From Candidatus Hadarchaeota archaeon (GTDB taxonomy: Archaea > Hadarchaeota > Hadarchaeia > Hadarchaeales > JAGGTB01), in the NCBI GenBank assembly GCA_964608515.1, contig CAZSNS010000001.1, positions 15,210 to 79,209 on the forward strand: 64,000 bases of DNA. The letters are read 5' to 3'. Under the pieces are notes generated by a model. It saw only the letters and a program-made list of their open reading frames with translations, had not been told where the DNA came from and searched no databases. The position numbers and the translations under genes are program-made. The stretch's first letter is position 1. Every line of letters begins with the position of its first letter. Below are positions 1 to 9,846 of this stretch, piece by piece.

Positions 1-2
1 GA

Positions 3-698
3 AGGCAGAAGTTGATTTCGTCTTTTCTTATCACTTTGATACCTTGTTCGGCAAGGACGGTAGTTATTCTCGGAACTGTCGGGGTTTTTCTCGGGGTATT
101 ACCAGCTATGGTGATTTATGGGATTATATTGTTGTTGATTTTTTTGGTGGGGGTGACGCTTAATCGGTTTGTTCCGGGTGAAACTTCTGGAATGATTATG
201 GAACTTCCTCCTTTGAGGACTCCTTCGATAAAACCTGTCCTTTCGAAAACTTGGAATAGGATGGAGGAGTTTATTTATGTTGCGGCTCCTCTTCTGATTC
301 TTGGGAGTTTTTTGATTGCCTTTTTGAAGGTTTCTGGAGTTATGCAAGCGATAGTTGGTCCTCTTTCTCCTATTACAGCTGGTCTTTTGGGTTTGCCTCC
401 GGTTTTGATTATTCCTTTACTTTTCGGTATAATTAGGAAGGAAGGAGCGCTCGTGCTTTTGTTTGCTGTTCTTGGAACTTCTAATTTATTGGGTGGTGCC
501 TCTCCTATGTCCCCATTGAATATTTTCGTTTTTGCACTGGTTGTTGCTATTTATATTCCTTGTGTGGCGACTTTTGCTGTTTTGAAAAGGGAGTTAGGAT
601 GGAAAGAGGCGATTTTTATTAGCGTGTCTACGATTCTACTTGCTATTGTTATAGGAGCTGCTTTCAACTACATCAATCCTCTCGGTTTGGCGGCATGA
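3..698 (+). CDS. feoB: Ferrous iron transporter FeoB, C-terminal membrane portion (5' end outside window)
   Basis: Frame is open from the window edge, with no in-frame stop upstream of the TTG at 12. Polytopic hydrophobic sequence with the FeoB-type 'LIPCSARTVV' motif and G/P-rich TM helices. Confidence 0.75.
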   Translation, partial: RQKLISSFLITLIPCSARTVVILGTVGVFLGVLPAMVIYGIILLLIFLVGVTLNRFVPGETSGMIMELPPLRTPSIKPVLSKTWNRMEEFIYVAAPLLILGSFLIAFLKVSGVMQAIVGPLSPITAGLLGLPPVLIIPLLFGIIRKEGALVLLFAVLGTSNLLGGASPMSPLNIFVFALVVAIYIPCVATFAVLKRELGWKEAIFISVSTILLAIVIGAAFNYINPLGLAA

Positions 699-742
699 TG
701 AAGAGAATGGGAGATTAAATAAACTATTGATGGAGAGTTGAG

Positions 743-1525
743 ATGATGAGTGAGGGAAACGATCTTTCGGACTATATCGAAAAAGCTGATTTTAAGAAGA
801 TAACTAGAGAGGGAGAAAAAGAAGAGACCGAATCTGTCGCCGTTGAAAAGTCTTACGATTTGATAGTGAACGATAGGAGAATCACTTCGATAATGGCATC
901 TCCCGTGGATTTGGAAGAGTTGGGATATGGTTATTTAATATGTGAGGGGTTTGTGAGTTCTAAAGATCAAATCATTTCGATTCAGGTGGAGGATCAAGAG
1001 ATTCAAACATTTGTTGAAGAACCTGAAAAGATTGAGAGATGGTTAGAGTTAAGATCTTCCGGATGCGTAGGGGTTAATTGGAAAAAAACAAATGAGAATA
1101 TCCGAGTAGATTCAGGTTTAAAAATTTCTTCAAAAACTGTCTTTCAAGCCCTTCAATACCTTTTCACCGATCTATACGAAACAACCAGCGGTTCTCATTC
1201 TGCTAGTCTGATAAACAAAAACGGGAACTTGATAACACAATCAGTTGACGTAGGACGGCACAACACTTTCGACAAAGTAATAGGCAAGGCCCTACTCCAA
1301 AACGAAAACCTTGATAAAACCATAATATTATCCTCAGGAAGACAATCTGCCGGAATGGTGAGAAAGGCCGCTAGAGTTGGAATTCCTATAATTATTTCGA
1401 AAGCTGCCCCTTTGAGTTCTGGAATTCAAGCTGCGGAAGAAGCCGGTCTTACCTTGATCTGTTTCGCTAATGATGAAAAGTTCAATATTTATTCTGGGGA
1501 GCAAAGAATAAAGCTGGAGAAATAG
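743..1525 (+). CDS. fdhD: Formate dehydrogenase accessory sulfurtransferase FdhD
   Basis: 260 aa. Motifs 'RSSGCVGV' (Cys loop), 'GRHNTFDKVIG' and 'GRQSAGMVRKAARVGIPIIISKAAP'. Convergent with mobA. Confidence 0.8.
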   Translation: MMSEGNDLSDYIEKADFKKITREGEKEETESVAVEKSYDLIVNDRRITSIMASPVDLEELGYGYLICEGFVSSKDQIISIQVEDQEIQTFVEEPEKIERWLELRSSGCVGVNWKKTNENIRVDSGLKISSKTVFQALQYLFTDLYETTSGSHSASLINKNGNLITQSVDVGRHNTFDKVIGKALLQNENLDKTIILSSGRQSAGMVRKAARVGIPIIISKAAPLSSGIQAAEEAGLTLICFANDEKFNIYSGEQRIKLEK

Positions 1526-1537
1526 TGGCACGATAGC

Positions 1538-2149
1538 TTATTGATTTTTTTCTTTTCCGAATTCTTTTTCTACTTTTTCTAGAGTGTTCAAATTAAGAAA
1601 AGATTTTAGCTCGGGATCTATTTCTTTCATCTCTTCGATTGGTACGAACTTCACGTCTTCGAGTTTTTCAATTATTTTAGAAAGTTTCATTTCTTTTCTC
1701 TCCCAGGTTTTTTCGACTGCATTTCTCAGTTCTGTTGTGTTATAAACGGCGATTAATGGTTCTAAGTGTCCTTCCGGCCATTTTGGTACCGCTGCGCTAT
1801 GGTTTTTGGCTTTTGTGTGTAGTTTTTTCAGGACTTTTGGGTTTATTTTTGGATTGTCGCAGGATATGATTGCTACGTATTCGGATTTTATTTGGGGGAG
1901 TGAGCTTAGTAAGCCTACTATTGGTCCGTCTTCGGTGTGTTTGTCTTTTATGATTTTTGCGTTTGGGAAGAGTTCTTTTAGTTTGTTTTTTCCGGTTTTG
2001 TAAGATATTGCTAGTTCGTTTGATATTTTCTCGATGTCTTCTGCTACGTGTTTGATGAGGGGTTGGTCGTTTATTTCGAAGAATGCTTTTTTTCCTTGGA
2101 ATCTTTCGCTATATCCGCCTGCTAGGATTAATAGGGCAAGGTTTTCCAT
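1538..2149 (-). CDS. mobA: Molybdenum cofactor guanylyltransferase (MobA-like)
   Basis: 203 aa. N-terminal 'LILAGGYSERFQGKKAF' nucleotidyltransferase motif, with MobA-like length. Confidence 0.75.
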   Translation of the reverse strand: MENLALLILAGGYSERFQGKKAFFEINDQPLIKHVAEDIEKISNELAISYKTGKNKLKELFPNAKIIKDKHTEDGPIVGLLSSLPQIKSEYVAIISCDNPKINPKVLKKLHTKAKNHSAAVPKWPEGHLEPLIAVYNTTELRNAVEKTWERKEMKLSKIIEKLEDVKFVPIEEMKEIDPELKSFLNLNTLEKVEKEFGKEKNQ

Positions 2150-2254
2150 GTGTTTTCTACTTGGTTTGAGTGGTGGGTGGGTTAGTAAAGGTTTTGGAAG
2201 TGTTTATTGGAACAATTCTAAAAGCCACTTTGTGAAAAAGTAATAGGGGTTAGT

Positions 2255-3040
2255 TTGAAAAAGAAAGTCAGTCTTGTCCAGTTTTCTCGAGATAGGGAAG
2301 ATATGGAAAATAATTTGGAAAGAATGGAAGATCATATTCGCAATATCAACGATACTGATATAGTTTGTTTACCGGAGAACTGGTTTGGTGTTGAGCCTCT
2401 CAAGGAAAAAGAAGTCGAAAAAATTCTTTCGGATTTTCAAAAAATAGCATCTGATAAAAATATTACTCTACTCACAGGAGCAGGGTATATGCGTTATGGT
2501 GAGGAAATACTAGATTCTGGTTTTGTAATAGACAAAGATGGAAATGTTCTAGGTCGTGCTGATAAATTGTTTCCTTCGGAAGCTGTTGGAGAAACGGAGT
2601 TTTTGAAAGACGGAAATAGATCGATTGTTTTCGATGTCGATGGAATAAAAATAGGGGTTGTCGTGTGTGTAGATGCTGCTTATCCTGAAATTAGCAGAAG
2701 GTTGGCTTCTCGGGGAGCTCAACTTATTTTCAACCCTTCAAATATTCCTAAAAATCGGATGAATATGTGGAGGAGTATTGGTATTACCAGGGCTGTGGAA
2801 AATGGTGTTTTCTTTGCTTTTGTTAATAATACTTCGACCAATTATCCTGATGGGCGGGAAGTTGTCGGTCATAGTTTTATCTCTTCTCCGGATGGGGAGG
2901 TTTCGGGAGAAGCTGATGAGTCCGAGCAGGTTCTTACGGTTGAGGTCGATTTGGAAAAAATCAATGATTTGAAAGGGCGGTGGGGATTTTTAGAAAGGGT
3001 GATGGAGAGCGATTTTTTGAATAATTGGGATGAGGATTAG
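2255..3040 (+). CDS. Carbon-nitrogen hydrolase (nitrilase superfamily)
   Basis: 261 aa, TTG start. Glu-Lys-Cys pattern ('LPENW', 'ADKLFP', 'VVVCVDAAYPE'). Confidence 0.75.
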   Translation: MKKKVSLVQFSRDREDMENNLERMEDHIRNINDTDIVCLPENWFGVEPLKEKEVEKILSDFQKIASDKNITLLTGAGYMRYGEEILDSGFVIDKDGNVLGRADKLFPSEAVGETEFLKDGNRSIVFDVDGIKIGVVVCVDAAYPEISRRLASRGAQLIFNPSNIPKNRMNMWRSIGITRAVENGVFFAFVNNTSTNYPDGREVVGHSFISSPDGEVSGEADESEQVLTVEVDLEKINDLKGRWGFLERVMESDFLNNWDED

Positions 3041-3053
3041 GTTTAGAAAATTT

Positions 3054-3617
3054 TTATCTGGTAGGTAATTTTAGGATATCTGCTTTTGTGATTATACCAG
3101 CTGGTTTTCCTTTTTCTAGGACTAGTATGGCTGGGTTATGTTCTAATAAGTGAAATATGGTATCTAGATCTGTTTCAGTTCCAATGGTTGGGAATGGATC
3201 GTCCATAATTCTTTGAACCCCTTTTTCTGTCAGTTTGAACAGTTTTTCTCCTGTCGTTATTTCGCGTAAGATTGTTTCTTCGGATAAAGAACCGACTTGT
3301 TTATTGTTTTCGAATACGGGCATTTGAGAGATATCGTTGGATTCCATGAGGTTGATTGCTTTCTTTATCTTGTCACTTGCCTCCGTTGATATTATTGGAG
3401 TTTTCATAACTTGTTTCGCGGTGAGTTTTTCTCCTGAGGTTGCTTCCTTCAAAGCTTCGGATATTTTTTCAAGGGTGGATAGCTTAGGGTCTACTTTCCC
3501 AGCTTCAACTTTAGCTACGTATGCTTGGGTAACCCCTGCTTCCTCGGCGAGTTCGGTTTGTGTTAGACCGATTTTTTCTCTCAAAGAACGTATTTCTGTA
3601 GGGTGTAAAATTTTCAT
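3054..3617 (-). CDS. XRE-type HTH plus CBS-pair transcriptional regulator
   Basis: 187 aa. 'LREKIGLTQTELAEEAGVTQAYVAKVEAG' HTH followed by two CBS-like repeats. Confidence 0.75.
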   Translation of the reverse strand: MKILHPTEIRSLREKIGLTQTELAEEAGVTQAYVAKVEAGKVDPKLSTLEKISEALKEATSGEKLTAKQVMKTPIISTEASDKIKKAINLMESNDISQMPVFENNKQVGSLSEETILREITTGEKLFKLTEKGVQRIMDDPFPTIGTETDLDTIFHLLEHNPAILVLEKGKPAGIITKADILKLPTR

Positions 3618-3701
3618 AATTAACCCTTTTTATTCCCACTAGTTATATAAGTACAAAAACTAATAAGCGACCCGGAAAATAATGAAACCGTTTGGAAAAC
3701 C

Positions 3702-4898
3702 ATGAACAAGAATATAATCGTAGAAAAATCACACCGTCCACCAGCAGAAGAACATAATATAGAAATAGTTGAACGAAAAGGAAAAGGACATCCAGATACT
3801 CTCGCTGATGGAATATCAGAAGCAGTTAGCCAGGCCTTGAGTAAGGAGTATTTGGATAGATTTGATAATATTTTGCATCATAATACTGATAAGGTTTTGA
3901 TTGTTGGTGGGTCAGCTGAGCCTGAATTTGGTGGAGGTAAAGTTGATGATTCTGTTTATGTTGTTGTTGCGGGTAGGGGCACAGGCAAGGTTGGTGATGA
4001 AGAGGTTCCGATAAATAAAATTTCTACGGAGGCTGCGAGGGATTTTTTGGATGATTCTGTTCGGTTTTTAGATATGGAAAATCATGTGGATATAGAATCT
4101 CGGATAGGGAGTGGTTCTGTTGATTTGAAAGGTATTTTTGAAAGTCAGGGTGTTCCTCCTGCGAATGATACTTCGATAGGTGTTGGATATGCTCCTTTGT
4201 CGGAAACGGAAAAATTGGGTTTGGAGACTGAAGGGTTTCTCAATTCTGAAGAATTAAAGGATGATTATCCGGTTGTTGGTGAGGATGTTAAAGTTATGGT
4301 GCAGAGGGAGGATAGTGAAATTGATTTGACTGTTGCGATAGCAATGGTTTCTTCTTTCCTTGACGATTTAGATCATTATCTCTCCCTAAAAGAGGAGATA
4401 AGTGAGAAGATTTGCGATATGGCTTCTAAAGTTACGGACAAGACTGTCAATGTAAATGTGAATACTGCTGACGATCCTGAAGAAGGAATTGTTTACCAAA
4501 CCGTGACGGGAACTTCGGCAGAGCAGGGGGATGATGGAATGACTGGACGAGGTAATAGAGTAAATGGGTTGATAACTTTTGACCGTCCGATGTCTTTAGA
4601 GGCTGCCGCTGGTAAAAACCCGGTTAATCATGTTGGTAAATTATATAATGTTATGTCAGAGGAGATAGCTGAAGATATTTCTGATTTGGATGGAGTTAAG
4701 GAGGTTTTTGTTAGAACTCTCAGCCAAATTGGTGCTCCAATCGATCAGCCTAAAGTTTTGAATGTTAGAATAGTTCCGGAGGAAGGGTTTTCGGCAGAAG
4801 ATTTTGAATCTTCAGCTGAAGGTATAGCAAAAGAACATTTGAACAAGATCAAGGATATTTCTAATAGAATAGTTGAAGGGAAAGTCCGGGTTTATTGA
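3702..4898 (+). CDS. metK: Archaeal-type S-adenosylmethionine synthetase
   Basis: 398 aa. '[17 protein letters not shown]' and '[21 protein letters not shown]' are typical of the archaeal MAT family. Confidence 0.9.
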   Translation: MNKNIIVEKSHRPPAEEHNIEIVERKGKGHPDTLADGISEAVSQALSKEYLDRFDNILHHNTDKVLIVGGSAEPEFGGGKVDDSVYVVVAGRGTGKVGDEEVPINKISTEAARDFLDDSVRFLDMENHVDIESRIGSGSVDLKGIFESQGVPPANDTSIGVGYAPLSETEKLGLETEGFLNSEELKDDYPVVGEDVKVMVQREDSEIDLTVAIAMVSSFLDDLDHYLSLKEEISEKICDMASKVTDKTVNVNVNTADDPEEGIVYQTVTGTSAEQGDDGMTGRGNRVNGLITFDRPMSLEAAAGKNPVNHVGKLYNVMSEEIAEDISDLDGVKEVFVRTLSQIGAPIDQPKVLNVRIVPEEGFSAEDFESSAEGIAKEHLNKIKDISNRIVEGKVRVY

Positions 4899-5056
4899 AC
4901 TTTTTTACTAAATTTTTTTCTGAAAATAGAATCCGATTTTAACGGTTTTTTGCAAAACGATTATAAGTTCTTAACTATATGAGATTTATGCACGAGAAGA
5001 TAAATAATTTTCAGGAGGCTGGGTGATTATTTATTCGCGAGTTAGATAGCGTAGAT

Positions 5057-5482
5057 ATGAAAATCGTCGAGATGCTTGTTAAAGATGGGAGGAAAACTCT
5101 TAGCGAAATTGCTGACGAAGTAGGTTTAAGCACGTCAGGTGTTAGAAGACGGATAAAAGAACTTGAAGACGAGGATATCCTCCAAGGGTATACCGCAAAA
5201 GTAGATCCGGAAAAGGCAGGGTATGATATTGCGGCTTTTCTAAACATAGATGTGAAATCTAGTGAAGCTCGTCGTGTCGCTGGTGTTTTGACTAGATGTA
5301 AGGGAGTTTGTGAAGTTCATAAGACTACGGGAAATCATGGATTAATAGCTAAATATAGGGCTGAGGATCGTGCTGAAATTAGCGAGTTTGTTGAAGATAG
5401 AGTCAGTAATTATCAGGGCGTCAAAGATGTTGATATTACTATGACGATTGAAACTTACAAGGAAGAGCTTTTAGATATTTAG
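5057..5482 (+). CDS. Lrp/AsnC-family transcriptional regulator (true start probably upstream, ATT at 5033)
   Basis: HTH 'GRKTLSEIADEVGLSTSGVRRRIKELE' plus a RAM/AsnC_trans-like C-terminus. The conserved family N-terminus 'ELDSVDMKIVEML' continues upstream of the first ATG. Confidence 0.85.
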   Translation: MKIVEMLVKDGRKTLSEIADEVGLSTSGVRRRIKELEDEDILQGYTAKVDPEKAGYDIAAFLNIDVKSSEARRVAGVLTRCKGVCEVHKTTGNHGLIAKYRAEDRAEISEFVEDRVSNYQGVKDVDITMTIETYKEELLDI

Positions 5483-5490
5483 GTGCATTT

Positions 5491-5712
5491 ATGAAAAATT
5501 CTGATAAGGGGAGATTGGACGAAGTTCTTTCCTCAATACGTCCGTATCTCAATTTTCCACAAGATCTTAAAGAAGTGGTTGATGAAACGGCTGGAGAGTC
5601 TTCAAGCTTAGAAGAGTTTGAGAAAAAATTTGAAAAATTAACTTCTGAGGAAGAGGATCCAACTAAGCAAGCGGATTATCGGATTTTTCTAAATAAGCTC
5701 AGAAGCAGATAG
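5491..5712 (+). CDS. Small acidic hypothetical protein
   Basis: 73-aa ORF starting 9 nt after the Lrp stop. No recognisable motif. Confidence 0.35.
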   Translation: MKNSDKGRLDEVLSSIRPYLNFPQDLKEVVDETAGESSSLEEFEKKFEKLTSEEEDPTKQADYRIFLNKLRSR

Positions 5713-5952
5713 TTATTCTTCTTCGTCTTCTTCTGCTTCTTCCATAGCTTCTTTAGCTTCGTCTCCTTCCAGCGGCATTTCTTTAAGTTTTTTCCTGAAT
5801 GTGTTTCCACATTCTTGACACTCTAGAGTCCCCATGATGATGAGGCTTCCACCCATCAAAGCCATCGGGCTTGTCAGGGGCCAGGTGTTTCCTGTTGGTT
5901 CTCCTTTTCCGCCGCATTCGGGACATTTGAAATTTTTTTTCTCTTTTCCCAT
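5713..5952 (-). CDS. Zinc-ribbon protein with acidic tail
   Basis: 79 aa. Two CxxC pairs ('CPECGG', 'CQECGN') and a poly-E/A C-terminus. Confidence 0.5.
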   Translation of the reverse strand: MGKEKKNFKCPECGGKGEPTGNTWPLTSPMALMGGSLIIMGTLECQECGNTFRKKLKEMPLEGDEAKEAMEEAEEDEEE

Positions 5953-6040
5953 GTTGATCGACCATGCATTTTTCGTGTGTTTGTGGTTTAAGGTTTACCG
6001 GTTTTAGTTTTTAGGTAAAGTTTTTCTACTTATTTGGATA

Positions 6041-6997
6041 ATGTGTTTAGTGGAGGTTTTGGATTTGGTTGTTTCTGATGTGGAGGAGATAGCTGGTAAG
6101 ATTGAGTCGATGGAGATTCGAGGGGCTAGAAGAATAGCTCAAGCTGCTGCTGAAGGTTTGAAGAAGGTGGTTGAGGATAGTGATGCTGACAGTGTTGCTG
6201 AGTTAGTTGATGAATTGGATGAAGCTTCGGAAGTTTTGTTAAATACTCGCCCTACTGCTGTTTCTTTGGCTAACTCTTTGCGTTTTGTCACTAAGAATTT
6301 AGAAGAGGTAGAAGATTTGTCTTCTTTGAGAGAGTTGGTTTTTTCTCGAGCTGATGATTTTATTGAGAGGACGGAAAAAGCTAAGGAGAAAATAGGGGAG
6401 ATTGGGGCTCGTCGGTTTTCTGATGGGGATAAAATTATGACTCATTGTAACAGTTCCAATGCTCTTGCAGTAATAAAACAAGCATTTGACGAAGGAAAAG
6501 ATATCGAAGTGATAGCGACGGAAGCGAGACCTAGAAAACAAGGACATATCACAGTTCGAGAACTGTCAGACCACGGAATTCCTGTAACTATGATTGTAGA
6601 TTCGGCAGCAAGGTATTTCATGAAACAAGTTGACAAAGTGATAGTAGGTGCTGACAGCATAGCGGCGAACGGAGCAGTAGTGAACAAGATCGGAACATCC
6701 CAGATCGCTCTTGCGGCTCATGAAGCAAGAGTAGTTACTTTTGTAGCAGCGGAAAGTTACAAATTCCACCCTTCCACACTCGTAGGCGAATTAGTCCAAA
6801 TAGAAGAAAGAGATAAAAAAGAAGTCGCTTCCCCGGACGAATTTCCAAACGTAGAAATAAGAAATCCGGCTTTCGATGTTACTCCATCGGAATATATTGA
6901 CCTAATAATAACTGAAAGAGGGATTATCCCTCCAGCAGCTGCATATGAGATTTTGCAAGAACAATTCGAATTAGGAGTGGAAGAAGGGTTGTTATAA
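6041..6997 (+). CDS. e2b2: eIF-2B alpha/beta/delta-family protein, likely ribose-1,5-bisphosphate isomerase
   Basis: 'IESMEIRGARRIA' and 'VIVGADSIAANGAVVNKIGT'. Length and N-terminus resemble archaeal R15P isomerase. The TTG at 6065, 8 nt after GGAGG (6052-6056), is a likelier start than the ATG at 6041. Confidence 0.65.
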   Translation: MCLVEVLDLVVSDVEEIAGKIESMEIRGARRIAQAAAEGLKKVVEDSDADSVAELVDELDEASEVLLNTRPTAVSLANSLRFVTKNLEEVEDLSSLRELVFSRADDFIERTEKAKEKIGEIGARRFSDGDKIMTHCNSSNALAVIKQAFDEGKDIEVIATEARPRKQGHITVRELSDHGIPVTMIVDSAARYFMKQVDKVIVGADSIAANGAVVNKIGTSQIALAAHEARVVTFVAAESYKFHPSTLVGELVQIEERDKKEVASPDEFPNVEIRNPAFDVTPSEYIDLIITERGIIPPAAAYEILQEQFELGVEEGLL

Positions 6998-7009
6998 CGA
7001 TCATTAGAA

Positions 7010-7285
7010 TTATTCGATTTTATAAACAGCGTCGCCTTCGCGAACTCTATCTTTAACCTTGATACCTACAGCCTCGCCAGGTCCGGCTTCTGCTACATCT
7101 TCGTGCTCGATTTGCATCGAGTTTATGTCTTGTTGAATGTCTGTGGTTGATCCTTCGATTGAGATTCTATCGCCAACTTCTAGTTCTCCACTGAGTTCTA
7201 TAACTCCAACACTAATATCTGTAAAATAATGGGTTACTTCCCCTATCTTCTCTTTCTCTACAGGTTCTTCAACCATATTACACAC
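7010..7285 (-). CDS. Small EF-Tu domain-2-like beta-barrel protein
   Basis: 91 aa. 'ELEVGDRISIEGSTTDIQQDINSMQIEHEDVAEAGPGEAVGIKV' resembles translation-factor domain II. Confidence 0.5.
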   Translation of the reverse strand: MCNMVEEPVEKEKIGEVTHYFTDISVGVIELSGELEVGDRISIEGSTTDIQQDINSMQIEHEDVAEAGPGEAVGIKVKDRVREGDAVYKIE

Positions 7286-7368
7286 CGATTAGAAATTATG
7301 CTTGCTGTTTTATTGGTTTTTTTATTATTTTCTCGATTTAGAAAAACAAATTAGAAACATCTCGAGAT

Positions 7369-7803
7369 TCATTTTTCAGGACTCGTCCCTTGTATTTGGA
7401 GTGTTCCGTCTTGAGATATTCCGACTTCTATCTTTCCTTTCAGTTTCTTATCTTTGAATGCCGAGTCTGCTTTTTTTCTAACTTTTCTCAATAGTTCGGG
7501 TCCTGAGAGGTTGATTTTTATGTTCTCTTCGTCTGCTTTTCGAAATATTATTCTTGGAATATCGTGAATATCTACTTCGCTATCGATTTCGAATTTGATG
7601 GGTGATTTTAGTAGTTCTGCGATTTCTAGTGTTTTTTCCGATTTTTCTATGTTTCGTCGTGCGTTTTTTTCAATTACGCTTATGTTCGATCTTGTTGTAT
7701 CCATTTTTTCTGCTATTTCTTTTTGTGTGTAACCTTCTTCTCTTAATTTTAAGATTTTCTTTTGTTTTTCTGTGAGCCAGTTTTCTTTTCCCAACTTTAT
7801 CAC
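7369..7803 (-). CDS. tfx: Tfx-family DNA-binding protein
   Basis: 144 aa. 'LTEKQKKILKLREEGYTQKEIAEKMDTTRSNISVIEKNARRNIEK' is a LuxR/sigma-70-r4-like HTH characteristic of archaeal Tfx. Confidence 0.8.
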   Translation of the reverse strand: MIKLGKENWLTEKQKKILKLREEGYTQKEIAEKMDTTRSNISVIEKNARRNIEKSEKTLEIAELLKSPIKFEIDSEVDIHDIPRIIFRKADEENIKINLSGPELLRKVRKKADSAFKDKKLKGKIEVGISQDGTLQIQGTSPEK

Positions 7804-7888
7804 GTTAATAGATGTGTTTAATATTTCTAGTGTTTTTCCCGTAAATGTTTACTTTGAAGCTGAGTAATAATTAGTGGAGGTTTAACAC

Positions 7889-8098
7889 ATCTCTCAAAAT
7901 GGGGATTCTATTGAAAGATCCGTTTTGAAAACTTTACTCTATAGGGTTTTGATGTTCATAGTAACGTTTTTAGTAGCGTTTGTTTTGACGGGGAATCTTC
8001 TAGCATCTACTGGAATTAGTATAGGTGCGAATGTCGTAAAGACGGTAACTTATTTTCTCTACGAACGAGTCTGGTCACGTGTTGATTGGGGAAAATGA
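7889..8098 (+). CDS. DUF2061-like small two-TM membrane protein (absent from the ORF track; start uncertain)
   Basis: The frame opens at 7886 and stops at 8096-8098. The translation '..ERSVLKTLLYRVLMFIVTFLVAFVLTGNLLASTGISIGANVVKTVTYFLYERVWSRVDWGK' matches the DUF2061 pattern (KxxxYRv...YxxHERvW..i.wG). GGAGG lies at 7876-7880. Confidence 0.6.
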   Translation: MSQNGDSIERSVLKTLLYRVLMFIVTFLVAFVLTGNLLASTGISIGANVVKTVTYFLYERVWSRVDWGK

Positions 8099-8136
8099 AG
8101 AAAAAGAAAAGTAGAAGAAGTAAGATTTGTTTTGAA

Positions 8137-9321
8137 TTATTTTACTTTTTGACCAACTGTTTTTCCTAATTCTCTAGCATCCTTCAATTCTTCTTCGGTA
8201 GGCTTCCCTCTGAATTTTGCTACCGGTTTTGCTAACTCCCAATCCATGTCTTCCGCGACTTCTTCCATCCGTTCTGTCGATCCGCCGGACCATCCATAGG
8301 ATCCAAATATTCCCATAACTCGATTTTTAAGTTTCTTCCTTTTCGCCATCGTAAGGAATTGGTCCACTGGTGGGAAAATTCTGGCGTCGTAAGTGGGACT
8401 TCCGACGATAAGTCCTTTTCTGCGCCAAGCTTCCGAAAGCAAATAACTTAGATGGGTTCTAGAAGCGTCTAAGATTTCTAAATCTTCACAACCACTCTCT
8501 TTCACACCTTTAGCGACAGCTTCCATCATCTCTTCAGTATTACCATACATCGAACCATAAACCAAAGTAACACCGTTCTCACCTTCAACACTACTATACT
8601 TATCGTAAAGCTTCACTACCTTCTCCACATCACTTCTCCAAACCGGTCCATGAGTCGGGGCTATCATTTCAACATCCAAATCCCCCAACTTTTCAAGAGC
8701 GGACTGAACAGCCGGACTATACATCGCCACAATATTCGCAAAATATCTCAAAATCTCATCTTCAAAGAACTCAACCTCATCATTGAAAAGCCCACCTTCA
8801 AGCGCGCCAAACTTACCGAAAGCATCACCAGAAAAAAGCAACTTATCATCAGCCTCATAAGACATCATAGTCTCCGGCCAATGCACGAAGGGTGTTTCGA
8901 AAAATTTGAGAGTTCTTTCCCCTAGATTCAGAGTGTCTCCAGTTTCAACTGTTCTCGTGTTTTCAGTGATTCCGAAAAAGTTTTCTAAAAACCCAGTGGC
9001 TTTCTCTGTCAAGATTATTTCCGCTTCTGGCGCTATTCTTCGCAATGTTGGTAAGGCTCCGCTATGGTCTGGCTCGTAATGGTGGGTTATTATATAATCT
9101 ATCTCACTCGGGTCCGCGATTTTGTCGATATTTTCCAACAATTTATCTTCAAAAGAAGTTTTTATCGTGTCAACCAAAGCAAGCTTTTCGTCATCAATGA
9201 GATAAGTATTATAACTTATACCGTAAGGTATCGGCCAAATTCCTTCGAAAAGGTCGGTTGTTCGATCGTTTGCACCTACCCAATAAATGTCGTCTTTGAT
9301 TTCTATCGGTTCCATTTTCAT
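8137..9321 (-). CDS. fprA: Flavodiiron protein (FprA-type, metallo-beta-lactamase plus flavodoxin)
   Basis: 394 aa. 'HHYEPDHSG' di-iron motif and a C-terminal flavodoxin 'LVYGSMYGNTEEM'. Confidence 0.85.
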   Translation of the reverse strand: MKMEPIEIKDDIYWVGANDRTTDLFEGIWPIPYGISYNTYLIDDEKLALVDTIKTSFEDKLLENIDKIADPSEIDYIITHHYEPDHSGALPTLRRIAPEAEIILTEKATGFLENFFGITENTRTVETGDTLNLGERTLKFFETPFVHWPETMMSYEADDKLLFSGDAFGKFGALEGGLFNDEVEFFEDEILRYFANIVAMYSPAVQSALEKLGDLDVEMIAPTHGPVWRSDVEKVVKLYDKYSSVEGENGVTLVYGSMYGNTEEMMEAVAKGVKESGCEDLEILDASRTHLSYLLSEAWRRKGLIVGSPTYDARIFPPVDQFLTMAKRKKLKNRVMGIFGSYGWSGGSTERMEEVAEDMDWELAKPVAKFRGKPTEEELKDARELGKTVGQKVK

Positions 9322-9399
9322 ACCTCCTTTTTGTAGTAGGTAGTTTGAGTGAATATTTAGGTTTAATTTTTTTAGGCCGAACCTAAATTCTTAATATGG

Positions 9400-9843
9400 T
9401 TGGTAGTTATTACAAAATCCAATCTCACCGAAAATGAGGGGCGTTATCTAAAATTCATCCTTCGGAAACAGTTTGAAGAATCGGAAAAAGTGACTACTTC
9501 TTCTCTGGCAGAATATTTCGAGGTTAGTCCACCTTCAGCGACTGAAGTTTTGAAAAAACTGGATAAGAAAGGTATTTTGAATTACGAATCTTACCGGGGA
9601 GTTCAATTGACCGAAAAAGGAATTTCAATAGCTCGAAATTTACTCAGACGACACAGGTTATTAGAACTTCTCTTCTCCAACCGTTTCGATTTTGATCCTG
9701 AAGAATCGTGTTTAGAAGCTTCAAAAATAGACCACCGCATTTCTGAAAAACTGACAAATTCGATCTGCCAATATTATAACCATCCTGAGACTTGTCCTTG
9801 TGAGAAAAAAATATACCCTAATTCCGTATGTCAGGAGGTATAA
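9400..9843 (+). CDS. DtxR/MntR-family metal-dependent repressor
   Basis: 147 aa, TTG start. wHTH plus 'RRHRLLELLF' helix, with a C-terminal Cys cluster. Confidence 0.75.
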   Translation: MVVITKSNLTENEGRYLKFILRKQFEESEKVTTSSLAEYFEVSPPSATEVLKKLDKKGILNYESYRGVQLTEKGISIARNLLRRHRLLELLFSNRFDFDPEESCLEASKIDHRISEKLTNSICQYYNHPETCPCEKKIYPNSVCQEV

Positions 9844-9846
9844 AAT

